DNA of 64,000 bases. Origin: Octopus sinensis (Eukaryota). Shown here piece by piece: positions 63,601 to 64,000 of this stretch. The notes beneath the pieces are model-generated. The model was not told the origin of the DNA, did no database searches, and saw nothing but the letters and a program-made list of their open reading frames with translations. The translations under genes and the position numbers were made by a program. Where the stretch lies: NCBI RefSeq assembly GCF_006345805.1, contig NC_042997.1, positions 51,770,001-51,834,000 of the forward strand, read 5' to 3'. Position 1 is the first letter of the stretch. The number at the start of each line of letters is the position of its first letter.

Positions 63601-64000
63601 GATCATTTGGTAGTCCCGCTTGTGGGGCATAGGCGGAGATAATCATAGCTGTGCCACTCTGTAGGACCAACCTGAGCTTAAGCACTCTATCGCAAACCCT
63701 GACAACCTCTATGACCTCATCCACCCATTTCTCCGCAAGGAGAATGCCTACACCCCCTACACCTTCCACGTTACCTTGCCAGAAGAGTTTGTACCTAAGT
63801 GCCTTGCCCGTGAGGACCCTAGCCGAAGCACCTCTCCATCTTACCTCTTGTATGCAGCATACATCAACCTGTCTTCTCTCTAGCATCTCTACAATCTCAC
63901 TAGACTTGCCTGTCAATGTACCAACATTGATAGTGCCAACTCTGAAAACTGGGAAGGAGATGTGGGGGGAGGGGGGGAATTCAGCGCCTGAGAAGAGGGG
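60608..64000 (-). mobile_element. Near-full-length RTE-clade LINE (copy B), APE + RT, frameshifted
   Basis: APE motifs (IQEVRW, SAYAPQ, GDFNGHVG, QIDFIL) in ORF 62117-63916. A +1 frameshift near 62120 and a 7-bp deletion in GSVLSP near 61960. C-terminal ORF 60848-61816; (TCA)n tail at 60608. Continues past the window end. Confidence 0.93.

Larger units (their letters stand above)
21062..64000 (+). other. USP32: USP32 intron 1 (>42.9 kb, continues beyond the window)
   Basis: GTAAGT donor at 21062. No segment encoding the expected exon 2 (TDVELKRL-like) was found by eye; the rest is TE and repeat DNA. Confidence 0.6.

Overview
AT-rich, microsatellite-dense animal genomic DNA. The repeat content (tRNA-derived SINEs with internal (TA)/(TG)n, RTE LINEs with (GAT)n tails, (ACAT)n arrays) looks like an octopus genome; this is inferred from pattern recognition, not from a search. 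The one host gene I recognise is USP32. Its CpG-rich promoter and leader (~20.3-21.0 kb) and first coding exon (21004-21061, MGGGNAKLSAITYEEAVKR, phase-1 donor) are on the + strand. I found no exon 2, so the remaining ~43 kb appears to be intron 1. An unidentified + strand gene may end near 11 kb (candidate exons only). Everything else is transposon and repeat DNA: two irritans-like mariners (one with an intact DD34D ORF but missing a TIR, one with both TIRs and TSD but frameshifted); two young RTE LINEs lying tail-to-tail, plus many RTE 3' ends; an R4/Dong-like RLE retrotransposon embedded in (ACAT)n; a decayed Ty3/Gypsy pol; a LINE 3' end abutting a 100-N gap; several SINE families; and a 1.8 kb alternating purine-pyrimidine satellite. 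Most short ORFs in the track are microsatellite or antisense artefacts. The best second-look items are RNA-structural: Penelope-type minimal hammerhead ribozyme motifs (an inverted pair at 12.7-12.9 kb and three more at 9.0-9.9 kb), a 212-nt intronic foldback with 8 G-U and 0 A-C pairs on the sense strand, a 186-bp inverted duplication, and one SINE head carrying two different LINE-derived tails. I found no CRISPR array, rRNA or canonical tRNA, and no clearly new multi-gene system.
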